Below are positions 21,036-32,939 of a DNA stretch of 64,000 bases, one piece after another. The stretch spans positions 480,001 to 544,000 of the forward strand of contig CAVVEU010000008.1 in NCBI GenBank assembly GCA_963747235.1. The letters run 5' to 3'. The notes under the pieces were generated by a model. That model saw only the letters and a program-made list of their open reading frames with translations. It searched no databases and was not told the origin of the DNA. The stretch's first letter is position 1. Each line of letters opens with the position of its first letter. Source of the DNA: an uncultured Candidatus Rokubacteria bacterium. Lineage in GTDB: Bacteria; Methylomirabilota; Methylomirabilia; Rokubacteriales; CSP1-6. The translations under genes were made by a program, and so were the position numbers.

Positions 21036-22238
21036 TCAGAACTCGACGGGGAGGGCCTTGAGGCCCCGCAGCGTCGAGGACTCGCGCCACTCGAGCTCGG
21101 GGCCGGCGAGCCGGAGCTTCGGCATCCGCCGCATCAGCGCGCCCAGGGCGAGCTGGCCCTCCACGCGGGCCAGCGGCGCGCCCAGGCAGAAGTGGATCCC
21201 GAACCCGAAGGCGATGTGGCGGTTCTCGCTCCGGCCGATGTCCAGCCGGTCGGGCTCGGGGAAGTGCCGCGGATCCCGGTTGGCCGCGCCGATGGCGGTC
21301 ACCACGAAGGCGCCCGCCGGCAGGGTCTTGCCGCCCACCTCCACCTCCGCGTTGGTGATGCGGGCGGTGCGCTGCACGGGGCTGTCGAAGCGGAGCAGCT
21401 CCTCCACCGCGGAGCCGAGCAGCGCCGGCTGCGCGCGCAGGCGCTCGAGCTCGGCGGGGTGCCGCAGCAGGGCCAGCAGGCCGTTGCCGATCAGGTTGAC
21501 GGTGGTCTCGTGGCCCGCGATGAAGAGCAGCACGCAGGTCGCGAGCAGCTCGCCCTCGGTGAGCCGGTCGCCCTGCTCCTCCGCCGCGATCAGCGAGGAC
21601 AGGAGATCGGCGCGCGGGTGCCGGCGCCGCTCGGGCAGGAGCGCGCGGAAGTATTCCGCGATGCCCCGCCGCCCAACGCGCCCGCGCTCGACCACCGAGT
21701 CGTCCGACGGGATCCCGATGGCGTCGAGGCTCCTGATGATGTCGGAGGACCAGTCCCGCATCTGCTCGTGATCGCCGACCGGCACGCCGAGCATGTCGCA
21801 GATCACGGTGACCGGCAGGGGATAGGCCAGATCGCCGATGACGTCCATGTGGCCGCGCCGCTCGACCTGGTCGAGCAGCCGGTCCACCACGGCCTGGATC
21901 TGCCCGCGCATGCCCTCGATCACCCGCGGGGTGAACGCGCGACTGACGAGCGCGCGCAAGCGCGTGTGATCCGGCGGATCGCGAAAGAGCATGGACCGGG
22001 GCAGGCGGCCGGTCTCGGACTCCTCGCCGTACTGGGCGGACAGGATGGCCTCGAAGCCGTCGCGCCCGAAGCGCGGATCGCGCAGCGACGTCACGCAGTC
22101 GTCGTAGCGCGTGAGGACCCAGAGGCCGAGCGGGCTCAGGTGGACCGGATCGCGCTCGCGCAGGCGCTGGTAGAACGGATACGGGTTGGCGTGGAACTCC
22201 GGCGTGAGCGGATTGAAGAGCGCCTCGTCCGTCGCCAT
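21036..22238 (-). CDS. Cytochrome P450
   Basis: DPPDHTRLR, AGHETT, EELLR, AANRDP and FGFGIHFCLG heme motif. Confidence 0.95.
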   Translation of the reverse strand: MATDEALFNPLTPEFHANPYPFYQRLRERDPVHLSPLGLWVLTRYDDCVTSLRDPRFGRDGFEAILSAQYGEESETGRLPRSMLFRDPPDHTRLRALVSRAFTPRVIEGMRGQIQAVVDRLLDQVERRGHMDVIGDLAYPLPVTVICDMLGVPVGDHEQMRDWSSDIIRSLDAIGIPSDDSVVERGRVGRRGIAEYFRALLPERRRHPRADLLSSLIAAEEQGDRLTEGELLATCVLLFIAGHETTVNLIGNGLLALLRHPAELERLRAQPALLGSAVEELLRFDSPVQRTARITNAEVEVGGKTLPAGAFVVTAIGAANRDPRHFPEPDRLDIGRSENRHIAFGFGIHFCLGAPLARVEGQLALGALMRRMPKLRLAGPELEWRESSTLRGLKALPVEF

Positions 22239-22245
22239 CGCGCGC

Positions 22246-23241
22246 TCAGCTCACCATCGGGTAGGTGCGCTCGATGTTGGCCAGCAGGCCCTGGCGCCAC
22301 GGCCGGTAGTGCTGATAGGCCGCGAACGCGGGCTCGTAGGTGGGCGCCAGGCGCGCGGTCACGCGCTGCTTGACCTCGTCCAGGCTCGCGCCGGTCGCGG
22401 CTTCCTCGCGCACCGCCGTCACCATGTCGTGGATGTAGCCGCGGAAGGTCCGCAGCCAGTCCCGCCCGGCGGGCTCGCCGTGGCCCATGACGAGCGTGTC
22501 CCAGTCGAGCTCGGCGAGCCGATCCAGGGTCGTGACCCAGTCCTCCGGGTAGCCGTCGCCCATGAACGGCGTCCAGCCGATGACCGCGTCGCCGGTGATG
22601 ACCACCTTCTCCTTCGGCAGGTAGACGAAGACGTCCCCCTCGGTGTGCGCCCGGCCCAGGTAGAGGAGCTGGATCTCCCGGTCGCGCCGGTAGAGCGTCA
22701 TCGTCCGCTCGAAGGCCATGGTGGGGAGCGCGGGCTTCATCGCCCGCACCTCGGCGAGATACGACTCGGCGAGGCGGAGGTCGGCCTGGAGCTTCGCGCG
22801 CTGCTCGGCGGTGGCCGCGGCGGCCAGCTCGGCGCGGAGCCGGGCGATCTCCGTGGGCACCTGCCGCACGTGGTCCTGGATGCGCTTGAGGCCCTTCTTG
22901 ACCATCGCCTCGCGGGTGAGCTGGTTGGTGATGATCTCCGCGCCCGGGTAGGCCGCGGGGTAGACCTCGTTGCCGTGCCAGTGGTCCCAGTGGAAGTGGG
23001 TGTTGACCACGTAGCGCACCGGCCGGGGCGTGAGGTCGCGGAGATGGTCCACGATCACCCGCGCCGCGGAGGGCTTGGAGTGGGTGTCCACGATCACCGC
23101 GCCGTCGTCGCTCTCGATGATCGCGGTGTTGGAGTTGACCTTGTAGGCGGGGGCGGCGACCGCGACGTGGACGCCGTCGGCCACCCGGCGGAAGTCGAAG
23201 CGGGCGTCGCCGCCCGGGCCCTCGTGACCGCAACAGTCCAT
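22246..23241 (-). CDS. MBL-fold metallo-hydrolase
   Basis: [25 protein letters not shown]. Confidence 0.88.
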   Translation of the reverse strand: MDCCGHEGPGGDARFDFRRVADGVHVAVAAPAYKVNSNTAIIESDDGAVIVDTHSKPSAARVIVDHLRDLTPRPVRYVVNTHFHWDHWHGNEVYPAAYPGAEIITNQLTREAMVKKGLKRIQDHVRQVPTEIARLRAELAAAATAEQRAKLQADLRLAESYLAEVRAMKPALPTMAFERTMTLYRRDREIQLLYLGRAHTEGDVFVYLPKEKVVITGDAVIGWTPFMGDGYPEDWVTTLDRLAELDWDTLVMGHGEPAGRDWLRTFRGYIHDMVTAVREEAATGASLDEVKQRVTARLAPTYEPAFAAYQHYRPWRQGLLANIERTYPMVS

Positions 23242-23312
23242 GGCGCGCTCTCCTCTCCCGGCGATACTATGCGAACGCGAGAGACGGCTCAAGCAAGCCA
23301 CGGGGAGGTCCC

Positions 23313-24707
<1,395 letters not shown>

Positions 24708-24714
24708 ACGCCCG

Positions 24715-25902
24715 ATGCCAGATCCGCTCCGGTCCATCTTCGCCGTCTTCCTGCGCCTGGGCCTCACGTCCTTCGGCGGCCCGATCGCGCACCTGGGTTA
24801 CTACCGGACCGAGTTCGTCGAGCGGCGGCGGTGGCTGAGCGAGGCGGCCTACGCGGACCTGGTGGCCCTCTGCCAGCTCCTGCCCGGCCCGGCCAGCAGC
24901 CAGGTGAGCTTCGCGGTGGGCCTCTCGCGCGGCGGGCTCGCGGGCGGGCTGGCCGCCTGGCTCGGCTTCACGCTGCCGTCCGCGGTGGCCATGGTCCTCT
25001 TCGCGCGGGGCGCCGCCCGGTTGACCGGCCCGCTCAGCATCGGGATGCTCCACGGGCTGCAGGTGGTGGCGGTGGCGGTGGTCGCGCAGGCGGTGTGGAG
25101 CATGGCGCGAAGCCTCTGTCCGGATCGGCCCCGGGCCACCATCGCGGTCGTCGCCACGCTCATCGTGACCGCCGCCCCCACCGCGATCGGGCAGATCGCC
25201 GCGATCCTCGCGGGCGCCGCGGCCGGCGCGTGGCTCTGCCGCGAGGCGCCCGCGCGCGCCGCGGCCGAGCGATTGTCGGTGCCGGTGCCGCGCGCCCTCG
25301 CGCTCGCCGCCCTCGCGCTGTTCGCGCTGCTGCTGATCGGGCTGCCCATCGCCGCCGCCGTCTCGTCCGCGCCGGCCCTCGCGGTGGCGGACGCGTTCTA
25401 CCGGGCCGGCGCGCTCGTCTTCGGCGGGGGGCACGTGGTGCTGCCGCTGCTGCACGCCTCGGTGGTGGAGCCCGGCTGGGTGAGCGAGGACGCGTTTCTC
25501 TCCGGCTACGGCGCCGCGCAGGCGGTGCCCGGACCGCTCTTCACCTTCGCGGCCTACCTGGGCGCGATCATGACCGAGCCGCCCGCCGGCTGGCCGGGCG
25601 CGGCGCTGTGCCTGGTCGCGATCTTCCTGCCCGGCCTGCTGCTCGTGCTGGGCGTGCTGCCGTTCTGGGTGTCGCTCGGGCGCGCGGCGCTCATGCCCGC
25701 GAGCCTGCGCGGCGTCAATGCCGCGGTGGTCGGCGTGCTGCTGGGCGCGCTCTACGATCCGGTGTGGACCAAGGGCATCGGGGGACCCGCGGACTTCGCG
25801 CTGGCCCTGGTGGCCTTCGCGCTGCTGGTGATCTGGAAGGCGCCCCCGTGGCTGGTGGTGCTGGTCAGCGCGGCGGGGGGCGCGGCCGTCTTCGGCCGCT
25901 GA
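24715..25902 (+). CDS. chrA: Chromate efflux transporter
   Basis: [34 protein letters not shown]. Confidence 0.92.
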   Translation: MPDPLRSIFAVFLRLGLTSFGGPIAHLGYYRTEFVERRRWLSEAAYADLVALCQLLPGPASSQVSFAVGLSRGGLAGGLAAWLGFTLPSAVAMVLFARGAARLTGPLSIGMLHGLQVVAVAVVAQAVWSMARSLCPDRPRATIAVVATLIVTAAPTAIGQIAAILAGAAAGAWLCREAPARAAAERLSVPVPRALALAALALFALLLIGLPIAAAVSSAPALAVADAFYRAGALVFGGGHVVLPLLHASVVEPGWVSEDAFLSGYGAAQAVPGPLFTFAAYLGAIMTEPPAGWPGAALCLVAIFLPGLLLVLGVLPFWVSLGRAALMPASLRGVNAAVVGVLLGALYDPVWTKGIGGPADFALALVAFALLVIWKAPPWLVVLVSAAGGAAVFGR

Positions 25903-25908
25903 GCCGCG

Positions 25909-28881
25909 TCAGGCGGTGGGGCTGGGCGCGGTCTCGGCCTCGGCGGCCCGCGTGGGGTCGGTCATCTTGGAGAGGACCTCGCGCAGGGTGGCGAGCCGGA
26001 TCGGCTTCTTCACCACCATGTCCACCCCGTCCGGCTTCTCGCCGGCCGCGTTCATCAGATCGCCGAAGCCGGTGAGCAGGATGATCGGGGTGTCGGGCGC
26101 GATCTCCTTGACCATCGCGGCGAGCTGATCGCCGCCCACTTCCGGCATCGCCCGGTCCGTGATGACGAGCGCGTAGCGGCCCACCTTGAACTTCTCGAAG
26201 GCCTCGCGCCCGTTGACCGCGGTGTCCACCGTGTGGCCGTCGCCCATGAGGTACTCGCTGAGCACGTCGCGGGCGATCGGCTCGTCGTCCACCACCAGGA
26301 CGTGGAGCGGTCCGGAGGAGGGGCCCTGCGCGCGCGGCTGGATCTCGCGGGCGACGCTGGTGTCCGCGGGCAGCAGGACGATGAACGTGGTGCCCTTGCC
26401 CACGGTGGACTCGATGTCCATGGTGCCGCGGTGGCGCTTGACGATGCCGTACACCATGGGCAGGCCGAGGCCGGTGCCGCGCTCGCCCTTGGTGGAGAAG
26501 AAGGGCTCCAGGCAGCGGCGGCGCACGTCCTCGGTCATGCCGGTGCCGGTATCGCTCACCTCGAGGAACACCTGGGGCACCCGCGGGGCCAGCGGCGTCT
26601 CCTCGCTCGCGGAGGCCTCGCGCATGCCGGTGCGGATGCGGATCAGGCCGCCCTCGGGCATGGCGTCGACCGCGTTGAAGATGAGGTTGGCGAGCATCTC
26701 GCGCATCTCGGACTCGCTGCCCAGGATGCGGGGCACCGGCCGCATGTCGGCCTCCACCAGGATCGTGCGGCCGCTGCCGAGCGCCTCGTCGCGCCAGCGG
26801 GGGCGGGTGAGGGCCACCGCCTGCTCGACCATCTGGTTGAGCGAGAGCGGCCGGTAGGTCTCGCCCTCCTCGCGCTTGCGGTAGAACTCGCGCAGGCGGC
26901 TCACCACGCTCGCCGCGTCCTCCACACCGGTCATGATCAGCTTGAGGTAGCGGGTGGACTTGGGCGCGTCCTGGAGGATCTCGGGGTGCTCGAGCAGCAT
27001 CTCCGCGTAGCCGGAGATCGGCACCAGCGCGTTGTTGAAGTCGTGGGCGAGCCCGCTCGCCATCTTGCCGACCGCGTTGAGCCGCTCCTGCTCGATGATG
27101 TGCCGCTGCGTACGGTGCAGCTCGATGGCCACCGCCGCCTGCTTGGCGATGCCGTCGGCGAGGCGCAGGTCGTCCATCGTGAAGGCGTGCGCGTCGCGCA
27201 CCCAGGAGATGGCGAAGATGCCCAGGAGCTCGTCGCTGACCTGGACCGGCTGGATGAGGAGCGACGCCTGGGGCAGGAGCTGGAGCGCGGCCTGGTTGAA
27301 GCGCGGGTCCGTCTTGCTGTTGCTCGAGTGCAGCGCGGTGCGCAGGCGCTTCACGAGGTCGAGCAGCGGGTCGTCCGGGGCCAGCGGCAGGCCCGACAGC
27401 GGCTCGCGCAGGTCGCGCGGCACGTGGTAGCCCGCGAGCGGGATGAAGCGGTCGCCGCCGCCCGTCACGCACCACGCCACGCCGGTGTCGGCGCCGAGAA
27501 TCCGTACCATTTCTCTGGTAGTCCGGCGGACGGCCTCGGGGAGATCGGGGGCCGAGCCGATGGCCTGGCTGACCGCGAGCAGCGTCTCGGTCTGCTGCAG
27601 GCGCTGCTGGATCTCGTCGTAGAGCCGCGCCTTCTCGAGCGCCACCGCGGCCTGGGCGGCCAGCGTGGTGGCGAGGCGGATCTCCTCGTCGGTGAACACG
27701 TGGAGCGTCTTCAAGTGGTCCAGGATGAGCACGCCCGCGGTCCGGCCCTGGTGGATGAGCGGCACCACCAGCGCGGACTTGGCCTGGAAGAGCCCGACCC
27801 AGCCCTGGGGCACGCGCGGGTCGCTGCCCGGGTCGGAGATGACCACCGGCTCCTGGCGCCGTACCGCCTCGAGCAGGAACGAGGGCATCTCCTCGAGCGC
27901 GAGCGCGCGGAGGGTCTCGGCGCCGTCCGCGCCGCGGGCCGCGCCCGCGCGGTCGGCGAGCTGCGAGCTGACCGGGACCATGAGCTGGCCCGACTTGTCG
28001 CGCAGGAAGATCGAGCCGCGGTCCACTCTACAAGCGCGTGCCGCCCCGTGGGCGATGACCTCGAACAGCGCCTTCTGCTCGATCGCCGAGCCGATGGCCT
28101 CGGTCACCTCGAGCATCCGGTCGGTCTCCTCGGCGCGCTGCTTCACCGCCTTGAGCGCGTCGCGGAGCTGCTCGGTGGTGCGCTGCAGCTCCTGGGTGCG
28201 CTGCACCGAGCGCTGCGAGGTCGAGCTGGCCTCGGCCATCGTGCGCCGGTGGCTGCGCCAGGCCGCGGGCAGGAGGATCAGGCAGAGGATCCCGCCGGTG
28301 CCGAGGGCGATGTTCCAGGCGAGCAGGCTCCAGCGCTCGTGGGCCTGGTCCATGCGGAGCGGTGCCTGGGAGAGCTCGACCACGCCGACCACGCGCGCGG
28401 CGCCCGGGCTGTAGACGGGCACGAACAGGTCGGCCACGTTGGGCGAGACGAAGCTCTGGGCTTCCGCGTTCGGCGGGGCCACCGAGGAGAACCGGACCGC
28501 CACGCGGCCGTTGATGGCGTCACGGAGCTCGTGGCCGTCGGAGCGCTGGCCGATGAACCCGGACTGCACGGCCCACACCACCGTGCCCTGCGGGTCCCAG
28601 ACCTTGATGTTGACGACGCCGGGCAGCTCCCGGACGAAGCGCGCGCTCTCCTCGGCCCAGCGCTTGGGGCTGCGCGCGTTCTGGCCCGCGAGCAGCTCGG
28701 GCAGCCCGCTCCGGTCCACCGCGCGCTGGGCGACCGCGGCGGTCTCGGTCCACTCCGGCTCGGAGACGGCCATCTCGAGGAGCCACGACAGGCCGATCCC
28801 GAGCGCGCCGGTGAAGGCCACGATCCCGATGAGCCGCACCACGAGGGTGCGGGCGAGCCCGCGCAGGGTCAACCGAGCCAT
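25909..28881 (-). CDS. Hybrid sensor histidine kinase (TM, two GAF, HisKA, HATPase, receiver)
   Basis: GLAHDFNN, NAVDAM, DTGTG, PFFSTK, GTGLGL; C-terminal VLVVDDE...ITDRAMP. Confidence 0.92.
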   Translation of the reverse strand: MARLTLRGLARTLVVRLIGIVAFTGALGIGLSWLLEMAVSEPEWTETAAVAQRAVDRSGLPELLAGQNARSPKRWAEESARFVRELPGVVNIKVWDPQGTVVWAVQSGFIGQRSDGHELRDAINGRVAVRFSSVAPPNAEAQSFVSPNVADLFVPVYSPGAARVVGVVELSQAPLRMDQAHERWSLLAWNIALGTGGILCLILLPAAWRSHRRTMAEASSTSQRSVQRTQELQRTTEQLRDALKAVKQRAEETDRMLEVTEAIGSAIEQKALFEVIAHGAARACRVDRGSIFLRDKSGQLMVPVSSQLADRAGAARGADGAETLRALALEEMPSFLLEAVRRQEPVVISDPGSDPRVPQGWVGLFQAKSALVVPLIHQGRTAGVLILDHLKTLHVFTDEEIRLATTLAAQAAVALEKARLYDEIQQRLQQTETLLAVSQAIGSAPDLPEAVRRTTREMVRILGADTGVAWCVTGGGDRFIPLAGYHVPRDLREPLSGLPLAPDDPLLDLVKRLRTALHSSNSKTDPRFNQAALQLLPQASLLIQPVQVSDELLGIFAISWVRDAHAFTMDDLRLADGIAKQAAVAIELHRTQRHIIEQERLNAVGKMASGLAHDFNNALVPISGYAEMLLEHPEILQDAPKSTRYLKLIMTGVEDAASVVSRLREFYRKREEGETYRPLSLNQMVEQAVALTRPRWRDEALGSGRTILVEADMRPVPRILGSESEMREMLANLIFNAVDAMPEGGLIRIRTGMREASASEETPLAPRVPQVFLEVSDTGTGMTEDVRRRCLEPFFSTKGERGTGLGLPMVYGIVKRHRGTMDIESTVGKGTTFIVLLPADTSVAREIQPRAQGPSSGPLHVLVVDDEPIARDVLSEYLMGDGHTVDTAVNGREAFEKFKVGRYALVITDRAMPEVGGDQLAAMVKEIAPDTPIILLTGFGDLMNAAGEKPDGVDMVVKKPIRLATLREVLSKMTDPTRAAEAETAPSPTA

Positions 28882-30623
28882 GAGGGACTCCCGTTGCGCT
28901 CGTCGGCGCCGAGGCTTGCGAGGAGCTCGGGCACGCGATCTCCCGAGACCGGTCGCGCGAAGTAGTAGCCCTGGCCCTGGTCGCAGCCGACCGCGCGGAG
29001 CTGGACGAGCTGGTCCTGCGTCTCGATGCCTTCCGCGGTGACCGTGATCCCGAGGCTGTGCGCGAGGCTGGTCACCGCCCGGATGATGGCGGTGTCCTCC
29101 GTTTCGTAGCCGACGCCCTTGACGAGCGATCGATCGATCTTGAGACAGTCCACCGGCAGGCGCTTCAGGTAGGACAGGGAGGCGTAGCCCGTGCCGAAGT
29201 CGTCGATGGCGAGGCGCACGCCTAGGGCTCTGAGGGCCTCGAGCCGGTCGAACATCCGCGGGTCGTCGCGCATCAGGACGGCCTCGCTGATCTCGAGCTG
29301 GAGTCGGCGCGGGTCGAACCCGGTCTCACGCACGATGGTCGCGACTTCGTCGGGAAGCGCGTCCCGCTCGAACTGGCCCGCCGAGAGATTGACGCTGACG
29401 ATCAACGGGGGCACGCCGGAGGACTCCGCCTGCCAGGCCCGCGCCTGGCGGCACGCCTCACGCAGGATCCAGCGGCCCATCGGCAGGATCAGGCCCGTCT
29501 CTTCCGACAGGCCGATGAAGTCGGCGGGAAGCAGCGCGCCGCGCCGGCGGTGGTCCCAGCGGACGAGGGCCTCGACCTCGACGGGACGCATCGTGCCCAG
29601 CGCGATCACGGGCTGGAAGCGCAGGCTCAGCTCCTGGCGCGCGCCCGCGGTGCGGAGATCGGCCTGGAGGTCCAGGCGCTCGCGGGTGGAGACGCTGAGG
29701 CCGGGCTCGTAGAGCTCGTACCGGGCGCGGCCCTCCGCCTTCGCCTGGTACATGGCCAGGTCCGCGTTGTGGAGCACCTCCTCCGGCTGCATGGATCCGC
29801 CGCCGGTGAGGGCGACCCCGATGCTCGCCGAGATCAGGACGTCGCGCCCGTCCACGACGAACGGCCGCTGGATCTCGGCGGAGACCTTCTCCGCCAGAGC
29901 GGTGGCGCCCCGGAGGTCCGAGGCGTCTTCCAGCAGCAGCGCGAACTCGTCGCCGCCCAGGCGCGCGACGGTGTCCTCCGGGCTCAGGCACCCGGCCAGG
30001 CGATGGCCGACCTCCACCAGGAGCCGGTCGCCGACCTCCTGGCCGAGCGTGTCGTTCAGGATCTTGAAGCGGTCGAGGTCGAGGAAGAGGACCGCCAGGT
30101 TGGTGCCGCCCCGCTCCGCCCGGGTCAGGGCATGAGTGAGGCGATCCATGAAGAGGGCGCGGTTGGGCAGCCCGGTCAGGGAATCGCGGAAGGCCTCGCG
30201 GGTGAGCTGGTCCAGCCGGCGCGGGAACTCGTTGATCTCCTGCGACTGCTGCTCGATCGTCGCGAGCATGCGCGCGAAGGAGCTCATGAGGGTGCCGATC
30301 TCGTCTTTACGCGAAGACTCCACCGGCAGCTCCGGGCTCTGCTCGTTGCTGAGCTGCGCGGCCCGCGAGAGCGCGGTGGCGATGTCCCAGACGATGAAGG
30401 CGCCGCCCGCCATGAGGAGCGCAGTGAAGGCGAGCAGCGCGGGAATGCTCACCGAGTCCTTCAGCCCCACGATCGGGCCCAGGAACTCGCGGACCGGGGC
30501 ATGGAACGCGTAGGTCAGGAGGAGCAGGGGGATGACCGAGCACAGGGTGAGGGCGAAGATCACCTTGCGCCGGACCTGCTGTCCGGCGAGCGCCACCTCG
30601 CGATTGATCGAGCCCTTGGTCAT
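28869..30623 (-). CDS. Membrane diguanylate cyclase/phosphodiesterase (GGDEF-EAL)
   Basis: DSLTGLPNR, RLGGDEF, EALVRW, IDDFGTGY, LKIDRS, EGIET, QGYYF. Confidence 0.93.
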   Translation of the reverse strand: MTKGSINREVALAGQQVRRKVIFALTLCSVIPLLLLTYAFHAPVREFLGPIVGLKDSVSIPALLAFTALLMAGGAFIVWDIATALSRAAQLSNEQSPELPVESSRKDEIGTLMSSFARMLATIEQQSQEINEFPRRLDQLTREAFRDSLTGLPNRALFMDRLTHALTRAERGGTNLAVLFLDLDRFKILNDTLGQEVGDRLLVEVGHRLAGCLSPEDTVARLGGDEFALLLEDASDLRGATALAEKVSAEIQRPFVVDGRDVLISASIGVALTGGGSMQPEEVLHNADLAMYQAKAEGRARYELYEPGLSVSTRERLDLQADLRTAGARQELSLRFQPVIALGTMRPVEVEALVRWDHRRRGALLPADFIGLSEETGLILPMGRWILREACRQARAWQAESSGVPPLIVSVNLSAGQFERDALPDEVATIVRETGFDPRRLQLEISEAVLMRDDPRMFDRLEALRALGVRLAIDDFGTGYASLSYLKRLPVDCLKIDRSLVKGVGYETEDTAIIRAVTSLAHSLGITVTAEGIETQDQLVQLRAVGCDQGQGYYFARPVSGDRVPELLASLGADERNGSPSWLG

Positions 30624-30650
30624 GGGTGCCGTCCAGGCGGTGTGAAATCG

Positions 30651-30666
30651 AGCAAGAGCGGTGCCA
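30651..30666 (-). promoter_or_regulatory. sigma-54 (-24/-12) promoter
   Basis: TGGCAC-CGCTC-TTGCT on the minus strand, 28 nt before the GGDEF-EAL ATG. Confidence 0.8.
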
Positions 30667-30680
30667 CGAAAAGGAGAGGC

Positions 30681-30693
30681 TAAGCGGTTGATA
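30681..30693 (-). promoter_or_regulatory. IHF-binding site
   Basis: TATCAA-CCGC-TTA matches WATCAANNNNTTR, just upstream of the -24 element. Confidence 0.6.
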
Positions 30694-30753
30694 ACACGAG
30701 GGTCCGGAGTACGCCGGACCTTAAAAAACGTCCACGCGGACGACGATTTTCGT

Positions 30754-31293
30754 CTACGGCGCCTTCCAGACGGCGTTGCCCTCTCGATCGGAAAGCTGAA
30801 GGCTCGGGCTCAGGGTCGGGCTGGTGGCGACCGTGATCTGGGGCTTGCCCGGGTCGTTGCCGAGCGCCAGGCTCGATCCGGTCGGGGCCGCGACGAGCCA
30901 TCCCCGTTGCCCCCGGGCGGTGACCGAGAGCTGGCCGGTCTCGCCCGCGGCCGCGAGCTGGGCCTGGGCCCCCGCGCGACTGACCGAGAGGGCCGCGGAC
31001 TGCCCGGGCGTGACGGTCAGGTCCGCGGTGGTGGCGCCGTCACGGTCGGTGAGCGACAGGCGCGTGCGGTCGCTCTCGTCCACCGTGAAGACGGCGCGTC
31101 CCCGGCCCTCGCCGTCGGTGATCACGAGCCGGCGGGTCTTCACCTCGTCGGGATTCGTGGTGACGGTGGCCGCGATGGCGCCGAAGAGGCCCACGCCGGC
31201 GAGCGCGGCGACGCCGACGCGGCGCCACCAGCCGACCTCACGCTCGAGACGCTCCAGCCGTGCGTGCAGTCCATCGAGTGACGGCTCCCTCAT
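30754..31293 (-). CDS. Hypothetical membrane-anchored protein (coiled coil, TM, beta-rich repeats)
   Basis: LHARLERLERE, hydrophobic segment, repeated LxLxDxxG units; GGAGG RBS. Confidence 0.65.
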   Translation of the reverse strand: MREPSLDGLHARLERLEREVGWWRRVGVAALAGVGLFGAIAATVTTNPDEVKTRRLVITDGEGRGRAVFTVDESDRTRLSLTDRDGATTADLTVTPGQSAALSVSRAGAQAQLAAAGETGQLSVTARGQRGWLVAAPTGSSLALGNDPGKPQITVATSPTLSPSLQLSDREGNAVWKAP

Positions 31294-31445
31294 CGCGCTT
31301 CCTCCCCCTGCTGGGCCCGGTGGTGTGTGGTGTCGGGGTCGCCGCGCCTTGACCCCCCTCGACCCGGCATGTTACACAAGGGCGGCTTCCGATGACGCCC
31401 TCGCTTCCCGTTGCCGTGCCCGACCGACTCCGAGGAGAACCGACC

Positions 31446-32459
31446 ATGCATCGTTGCCTGGCTCTCGTCGTCGCCCTCTGCCTGGCCGCCGTTCTGGGCG
31501 CGCCGTCCGTCGCCCCCGCGCAACCCGTCATCGTGTGGAAGGCGGGCACGGCGACCGCCGGCGGCAACCCGCTGAATGACACGATGGAGATCTTCTCGAA
31601 GCAGATGGCCGAGCGAAGCCGGGGGCGGGTCAAGGTCGACGTGCACATCGCCAACGCGCTGGCCAAGGGCGAGGCCGCGCATCTGGAAGGCGTGCAGCTC
31701 GGCACCATCGACGTGGCCGCGATCGGCAGCGCGCCGGTGGGCGGCATGTTCGAGCCTTCCTACCAGGCCCTCGACCTGCCGTTCCTCTGGGCCACCCGCG
31801 AGCAGGTGTGGAAGGTCATGGACGGGCCGCTCGGCCAGGAGCTGCTCAAGAAGATGGAGGCCAAGAACCTGAAGGCCTTCTGCTTCGGCGGCGGCTGGGG
31901 CTTCCGCAACATGATGTCCAACAAGCGCGCGATCACGACGCCGGAGGACATGAAGGGGCAGACCATCCGGGTGCAGGAGTCGCCCACCTACGTGGCCATG
32001 ATGAAGGCGATGGGGGCCAACCCGGTGCCCATGCCCTACGTCGAGGTCTACCTGGCCATGAAGCAGGGCACGATCGACGGCATGGAGCTGCCGTCGTTCA
32101 CGATGACGTCGGACAAGTTCCAGGAGGTGACCAAGTACTACTCGCTCACCCGCCACTCCTACCCGCCCATCGCCTGGTTCATGAACCTCAAGAAGTACCA
32201 GGCGCTGGCGCCGGACCTGCAGAAGGCGGTGGACGAGTCGATGCGCGAGGCCTGCCAGAACCACCGCCGCCTCGAGGTCGAGAAGGAAAAGCTCGACTTC
32301 GACATCATGAAGAAGGCGGGCGTGCAGATCAACGAGGTGAAGGACATCAAGGCCTTCCAGGGGCTGATGAAGCCGGCCTACGACTACGTCGAGGGGCAGG
32401 TGGGCAAGGAGTTCATGGCCAAGCTCCGGGCGGCGGTGCAGGCGGCGGCGACCAAGTAG
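31446..32459 (+). CDS. dctP: TRAP transporter substrate-binding protein
   Basis: Signal peptide, GFRNM, KGQTIRVQES, EVYLAMKQGTIDGME. Confidence 0.93.
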   Translation: MHRCLALVVALCLAAVLGAPSVAPAQPVIVWKAGTATAGGNPLNDTMEIFSKQMAERSRGRVKVDVHIANALAKGEAAHLEGVQLGTIDVAAIGSAPVGGMFEPSYQALDLPFLWATREQVWKVMDGPLGQELLKKMEAKNLKAFCFGGGWGFRNMMSNKRAITTPEDMKGQTIRVQESPTYVAMMKAMGANPVPMPYVEVYLAMKQGTIDGMELPSFTMTSDKFQEVTKYYSLTRHSYPPIAWFMNLKKYQALAPDLQKAVDESMREACQNHRRLEVEKEKLDFDIMKKAGVQINEVKDIKAFQGLMKPAYDYVEGQVGKEFMAKLRAAVQAAATK

Positions 32460-32462
32460 TCC

Positions 32463-32939
32463 GTGCTGGCCCGCGCCGGGTCGAACGTCGTCGAGGGCGT
32501 GCTCCTCCTGATGATGGTGCTGCTGTGCGCGGACGTCTTCCTGGGCGTCTTCTCGCGCTACGTGATCCGCAGCACCTTCACGTGGTACGACGAGATCGCC
32601 CGGCTGCTCTTCGTGTGGATCGTGTTCCTGGGGGCGGCGGTGGGCGTGCGGCGCAGCGCCCACTTCCGCCTGCACCTGCTGGTGGACCGTTTCCCGCCCG
32701 CGGCGCGGCGCGTCGCGGACGTCTTCGGCGTGCTCGTCCTGATGGGCTTCGGCCTGGTGCTGATCCAGCAGGGCTGGAAGCTGGTGGAGCTCGGGCAGTT
32801 CCAGCGCACGCCGGTGATGGGCCTCTCCAAGCAGTACGTCTATCTCTCGGTGCCGGTGGGCGGGGCCCTGGTCATTCTCTACAGCCTGCCGCATCTCTGG
32901 CGCGCCGTCCGCGGCGAGGCCGGGTCCGTCGCGGCATGA
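32463..32939 (+). CDS. dctQ: TRAP transporter small permease
   Basis: WYDEIARLLFVWIVFLGAA...HFR; four TM segments. Confidence 0.92.
   Translation: MLARAGSNVVEGVLLLMMVLLCADVFLGVFSRYVIRSTFTWYDEIARLLFVWIVFLGAAVGVRRSAHFRLHLLVDRFPPAARRVADVFGVLVLMGFGLVLIQQGWKLVELGQFQRTPVMGLSKQYVYLSVPVGGALVILYSLPHLWRAVRGEAGSVAA

Noticed and set aside
24715-25902. chrA as part of the selenium story (oxyanion efflux)
   Set aside because: It is about 14 kb away, on the other strand and coupled to fumC. Nothing in the sequence links them.
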